Shown: piece by piece, positions 6,786 to 10,111 of the stretch
Position numbering within the stretch: position 1 is the stretch's first letter
Layout: each line of letters starts with the position of its first letter
Source: Pseudobdellovibrionaceae bacterium
GTDB lineage: Bacteria; Bdellovibrionota; Bdellovibrionia; Bdellovibrionales; Bdellovibrionaceae
Assembly: GCA_041288045.1 (NCBI GenBank)
Contig: JBGGMM010000071.1
Coordinates: 1 to 10,111, forward strand
Direction: 5' to 3'
DNA length: 10,111 nucleotides
Program-made: the position numbers and the translations under genes
Notes under the pieces: model-generated
Told to the model about the DNA's origin: nothing
Seen by the model: the letters and a program-made list of their open reading frames with translations, nothing else
The model's database searches: none

Positions 6786-8348
6786 GTGGCAAGCTTGCTT
6801 TTCATTTCGTTTCTTTTTGGCATTTCAGCATGGGCTCAATCTCTTCAAGTGAACGTCAACCCTGTTGGGATGAGTGAGACTGAGAGATCTCAGCTCCAGG
6901 ATCGAATTCTTCAGTACCCCGAAGTTGAAAATTTGTTGCGCAACAAATCGTTTCGAGTTCTTGCATTGCAAACAGAAGATCTGGACCCCGAGAATTCTGA
7001 ATACAATCTTCAGGTTTACAATGAAACAGATGATCAGCTTTATGAGGTGAACGGCCCCCTCAATATGAGCATTACGCCCCAAATTTTGGAATCTTTTGAA
7101 GAGATTCCGGCAACTCCTGAAGAATTTGAAGCTGCATTTAAAATCCTGTCCGAAGATCCACAGCTGGGACCCCTGATTCAAGCGCAAACTCTTTTACCCT
7201 ATGAAGCCATGCCTCCCATTCTTCAACCCCACCGGTTGATTCCTGTCGGCTTGATTTCAAATTCGAACCCGAGCTCGAGGCCACATGAAATTGTCGGCGT
7301 GGATCTGAGCTCTCGACAAGTGACTCGATTTCCAAAAGGAGCACCAGCTGGCGCTATCGCAATTGAACAAGTTTGTGGAATGCCCAATGCTCATCAGGCC
7401 AATACGGCCAAAGGAGTGCGGGGATCCGCTGAAATTGAAATTGAGAAAGGTGATCAGCTTCTTTGGAGTTTCACTGTGATTCGACCTTCGGCTTCTTCAG
7501 GAAAAAAAGGTTCTGGGCTGGAGCTTCGCAATCTTTACTACAAAGGGAAAAAAGTTTTCTCACGGGCCCACACTCCCATTCTCAATGTTCAATACGATGA
7601 CAACCGCTGCGGCCCATTCCGAGATTGGGGCTATTCAGAAAATCCTTTCGTCGCTGTTGGAAGCAATTTGGCACCCGGAATTCGACTTGCTTCTGAGCCA
7701 CCCAAAACCATTTTCGATACTCATGATGATCGCGGGCAGTTTCGAGGAGTTGCGATTTATTCAAGCGAAGGGCTTGTGACTTTGACGACCGAACTTTCGG
7801 CAGGTTGGTATCGCTACGTGAGTAAATTTGAACTTTATGATGACGGACGAATCAAACCGATTTTTCAATTTTCCGGAGTCACGAATTCTTGCGTCTGCTT
7901 CAGTCACCATCATAACGTCTACTGGCGCATTGATTTTGATGTCCAAGGCGTGAACAATTCCATTCAAGTTTCCAACGGGTCTACATTTCGAGTGATTCCT
8001 GAAGAAATTTCTCAAATCAAAAGTCCAGAAAACCAAGTTTGGAGAATTGGAAATTCTGTAACCGGAAGTGCCTATGACCTCACACCTGGAGCTTCTGACG
8101 GAGTCGCCGATGATTACAGCATCGCTGATGTTTGGCTTTTGAGATATTCACCAACACAGATTGACGACTCGAGAGTCAGGACTTCCACGAAGGCGGCTTT
8201 GAATGCCTTTTTAACTGGTGGTAACTTGGTTCAGCGGGATGTCGTGATGTGGTACACAGGTCACTTTGCTCATCTCACGGGCGAAGCCGAAGTAGGACAT
8301 GGAATTGTCGGCCCCACCTTGGCTCCGGTGAACTGGCCCGAAGAGTGA
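6786..8348 (+). CDS. Secreted copper amine oxidase-like protein with non-canonical quinone site (520 aa)
   Basis: SD AAGGAGG before GTG; signal peptide ending in AWA. CAO landmarks appear in the expected order: LNVQYDD...FRDW (candidate base D280), AGWYRYVSKFELYDDGRIK (position of xNY(D/E)Y...F..DG.I), HHHNVYWRIDFDVQG..NS (HxH...RLDxDVDG..NS), and DVVMWYTGHFAH (third Cu His, H496). Confidence 0.8.
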   Translation: MASLLFISFLFGISAWAQSLQVNVNPVGMSETERSQLQDRILQYPEVENLLRNKSFRVLALQTEDLDPENSEYNLQVYNETDDQLYEVNGPLNMSITPQILESFEEIPATPEEFEAAFKILSEDPQLGPLIQAQTLLPYEAMPPILQPHRLIPVGLISNSNPSSRPHEIVGVDLSSRQVTRFPKGAPAGAIAIEQVCGMPNAHQANTAKGVRGSAEIEIEKGDQLLWSFTVIRPSASSGKKGSGLELRNLYYKGKKVFSRAHTPILNVQYDDNRCGPFRDWGYSENPFVAVGSNLAPGIRLASEPPKTIFDTHDDRGQFRGVAIYSSEGLVTLTTELSAGWYRYVSKFELYDDGRIKPIFQFSGVTNSCVCFSHHHNVYWRIDFDVQGVNNSIQVSNGSTFRVIPEEISQIKSPENQVWRIGNSVTGSAYDLTPGASDGVADDYSIADVWLLRYSPTQIDDSRVRTSTKAALNAFLTGGNLVQRDVVMWYTGHFAHLTGEAEVGHGIVGPTLAPVNWPEE

Positions 8349-8451
8349 TGAGAATGCAGGTTGAGCAAATGCTCTGAATTTTTCTGGATTGCCGAATGGG
8401 AGCAATTTCAAATAATCTCTACTGAGGCCTTTTGATTCTGGGGAGGGCCAT

Positions 8452-9495
8452 TTGAAATTGAATCCAAGCAATTTATTCTCGATTTTAAAAGTCAATTCAG
8501 CGCCAACGCCCTGGCATCACATGTGGCTCGTGGGTCTGGCCACTTTCATTCCCATATTGATGGGGCTGGCGACGAATCATCTGGAAATTTCTGTTCTTGG
8601 TTCGGTTGTTGGTTTTTTGGTAGCGCTGAACGATCATTTTGGCAAATGGGGCCATCGCCTTTGGGTCATGAGTTTGACATATCTTCTTATTCTCTTCGGG
8701 TTTTTTCTGGGAACAAAAGTCGGAGAGGGGCCTTTATTCTGGCTGACACTGGGTGGCTCCGTGTATTGGATGGGAGTTCTCTCTGGACAAGGAGCTGAGC
8801 TAGAAAAGGGATTCACTTTTGGCCTCGTGGGATTTCTTGTGGCCCAAGCTTCGCCGGAGCTTCCCTCAGAAGTTTTGCCCGCGCTTTTTCTTTTCGTCGT
8901 CAGCGGCTATCTGACACTTTTGTTGGCGATTCCATTATTGGCATTGCTTGGAAAGCTCGATCCAAAGCCTTATCGAAGCCTTCGAGAATCTCTCAGCCAT
9001 TTACTTTCAAAACGAATTCAAAATCACATTCACGCCGCGAGCTTCACGGTCGCAGTGCTATTTGCAGCCCGATTGGTCTTGGACCTGCATTTGGAGCGGG
9101 GCTATTGGGTGACGATCACAGTTCTGCTTGTCATGCGCCCGGATCGCACTCAATCCATTCAGATTATCCTTCAACGATTGATTGGAACTTTGCTAGGAGT
9201 GCTCGCTGCTGAATTGATTCTTCTCAGCTCGCCCCCAATCGCTTTTCTGATCGCAGTCACGATTCTCTGTGCCTCAGCCGTCCCCTGGGCCAGTTTGAAA
9301 AATTATGCCGGCGTTGCCTTCTTTGCCACGGTCATGGTTGTCCTGCTTCTAGAGCTCAATCAAATCAAGCAGGGCTTCGACACCCACCTTCCCTGGGTGA
9401 GACTCCTAGCCACAGCCATGGGCTGCGCCATCAGTTTGATAGGAACTCTCATCTCAAAAATATTGGACACTCTGATTCTAAAGAAACCAATCTAA
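8452..9495 (+). CDS. FUSC-family (fusaric acid resistance / aromatic acid exporter-like) inner membrane protein
   Basis: Many transmembrane segments. ERGYWVTITVLLVMRPD...QRLIGTLLGV and C-terminal RLLATAMGCAI are typical FUSC_2 motifs. SD GGGAGG before TTG. Confidence 0.9.
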   Translation: MKLNPSNLFSILKVNSAPTPWHHMWLVGLATFIPILMGLATNHLEISVLGSVVGFLVALNDHFGKWGHRLWVMSLTYLLILFGFFLGTKVGEGPLFWLTLGGSVYWMGVLSGQGAELEKGFTFGLVGFLVAQASPELPSEVLPALFLFVVSGYLTLLLAIPLLALLGKLDPKPYRSLRESLSHLLSKRIQNHIHAASFTVAVLFAARLVLDLHLERGYWVTITVLLVMRPDRTQSIQIILQRLIGTLLGVLAAELILLSSPPIAFLIAVTILCASAVPWASLKNYAGVAFFATVMVVLLLELNQIKQGFDTHLPWVRLLATAMGCAISLIGTLISKILDTLILKKPI

Positions 9496-10103
9496 CTCCA
9501 AAGCACCTGCCAATCCGCTGTCGAAAGCCCTCTGAGTCTTTGCTTGGAATACTTGATTTCACCTTTCTCTTCTTTTTCATTGAGTCTGATATAGTTCCTA
9601 ACAGTCAGATAAGCTTTCCACCCTTTCACAACTCGTGTGAAAGGCCTGAATTTCCAAAGCTTCGTCTTCCTTCCCCCTGTCTTTGTGGGGACTTGTCTTG
9701 ATCCCTTAGTTGGGTGGGGGGTATCCGTCACCAAGAGATTGTTCTTTCCAAATTCCTGAGCAATTTGTCCTGCCACAACTCTTAGAAAATGCTGAGCGAG
9801 AGATCTTTTTGAGATTCTGATCAATAAATGAATGTGATCTCCACAGATGGCCTTTTGCTCGATCTTCACGAAAAACTTTTTCGAGTAGCGCTTGAGCACT
9901 CTTTCACAGATGGAAAAAGCGAGAGGTGACCGAAACCCCCGGCGCATCCCAAGGCGATCGGCTTTGAGCACTAGATGAATCGGGTCTCGAGAAGAAAGAG
10001 GCCTGGCACCGCGACCTAAGCGTTTTTGTCGTAAGATCCCGCCGTGTGTGTAGCGGAATTTCCAGTGAACTTTTCCGAATTCAAATCCTAGTTGTTGACC
10101 CAT
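9492..10103 (-). CDS. HUH/Y1 tyrosine transposase (IS200-like / REP-associated RAYT-like), 203 aa
   Basis: IHLVLK strand, HUH motif GDHIHLLI (H90/H92), LW..RPFTRVV, and a catalytic-Tyr helix AYLTVRNYIRLN. N-terminal HGGxLRxKRxGRxxRPL extension. Its stop codon overlaps the FUSC stop. Confidence 0.85.
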   Translation of the reverse strand: MGQQLGFEFGKVHWKFRYTHGGILRQKRLGRGARPLSSRDPIHLVLKADRLGMRRGFRSPLAFSICERVLKRYSKKFFVKIEQKAICGDHIHLLIRISKRSLAQHFLRVVAGQIAQEFGKNNLLVTDTPHPTKGSRQVPTKTGGRKTKLWKFRPFTRVVKGWKAYLTVRNYIRLNEKEEKGEIKYSKQRLRGLSTADWQVLWS

Positions 10104-10109
10104 ACCCCC
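9717..10109. repeat. Three copies of a 16-bp motif G(G/T)TGAC(C/G)(C/G)A(T/A)ACCCCC within and at the start of the HUH transposase gene
   Basis: 9717-9732 minus strand GGTGACGGATACCCCC; 9925-9940 plus strand GGTGACCGAAACCCCC; 10094-10109 plus strand GTTGACCCATACCCCC. Pairwise identity is 13-14/16. Confidence 0.6.
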
Positions 10110-10111
10110 AC

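Noticed and set aside
6667..6792. 42-aa N-terminal extension of the 247-aa track ORF
   Set aside because: It overlaps the divergent promoters and the opposite start codon; ATG 6666 has a strong SD and gives a proper signal peptide.
8363..8398. GAGC-AAAT-GCTC mini-hairpin as a terminator, and GCCGAATG as a FliA -10 box before FUSC
   Set aside because: The stem is too short and lacks an immediate U-tract; there is no convincing, correctly spaced -35 for FliA.
1..10111. Composite mobile element bounded by the two transposase genes; CRISPR array, tRNA or rRNA
   Set aside because: The two enzymes are unrelated (DDE vs HUH) with no shared ends. I saw no spaced direct-repeat array or structural RNA gene.

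Overview
A gene-dense, roughly mid-GC bacterial window whose protein families suggest Bdellovibrionota (inference, not proven). It is bracketed by two transposase-family genes. On the left is a single-ORF Zn-ribbon/HTH/DDE IS1/IS1595-like protein (683 to <1, minus strand), which the ORF track misses because it runs off the edge. On the right is a HUH/Y1 RAYT/IS200-like protein (9492..10103). Between them are two small basic secreted proteins, a putative lipoprotein, an FAD-dependent amine oxidase, an orphan C-terminal half of a CheY-like receiver, a secreted beta-sandwich protein with three He_PIG repeats, a DUF4833-like protein, a secreted copper-amine-oxidase-like protein with a non-canonical cofactor motif (GWYRY instead of xNY(D/E)Y), and a FUSC-family membrane protein. 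Four good and two degenerate sigma-54 (-24/-12) motifs lie 15-45 nt upstream of start codons, including one before the DDE transposase and a back-to-back divergent pair. A 16-bp motif occurs three times inside the RAYT gene, once over its own start codon.
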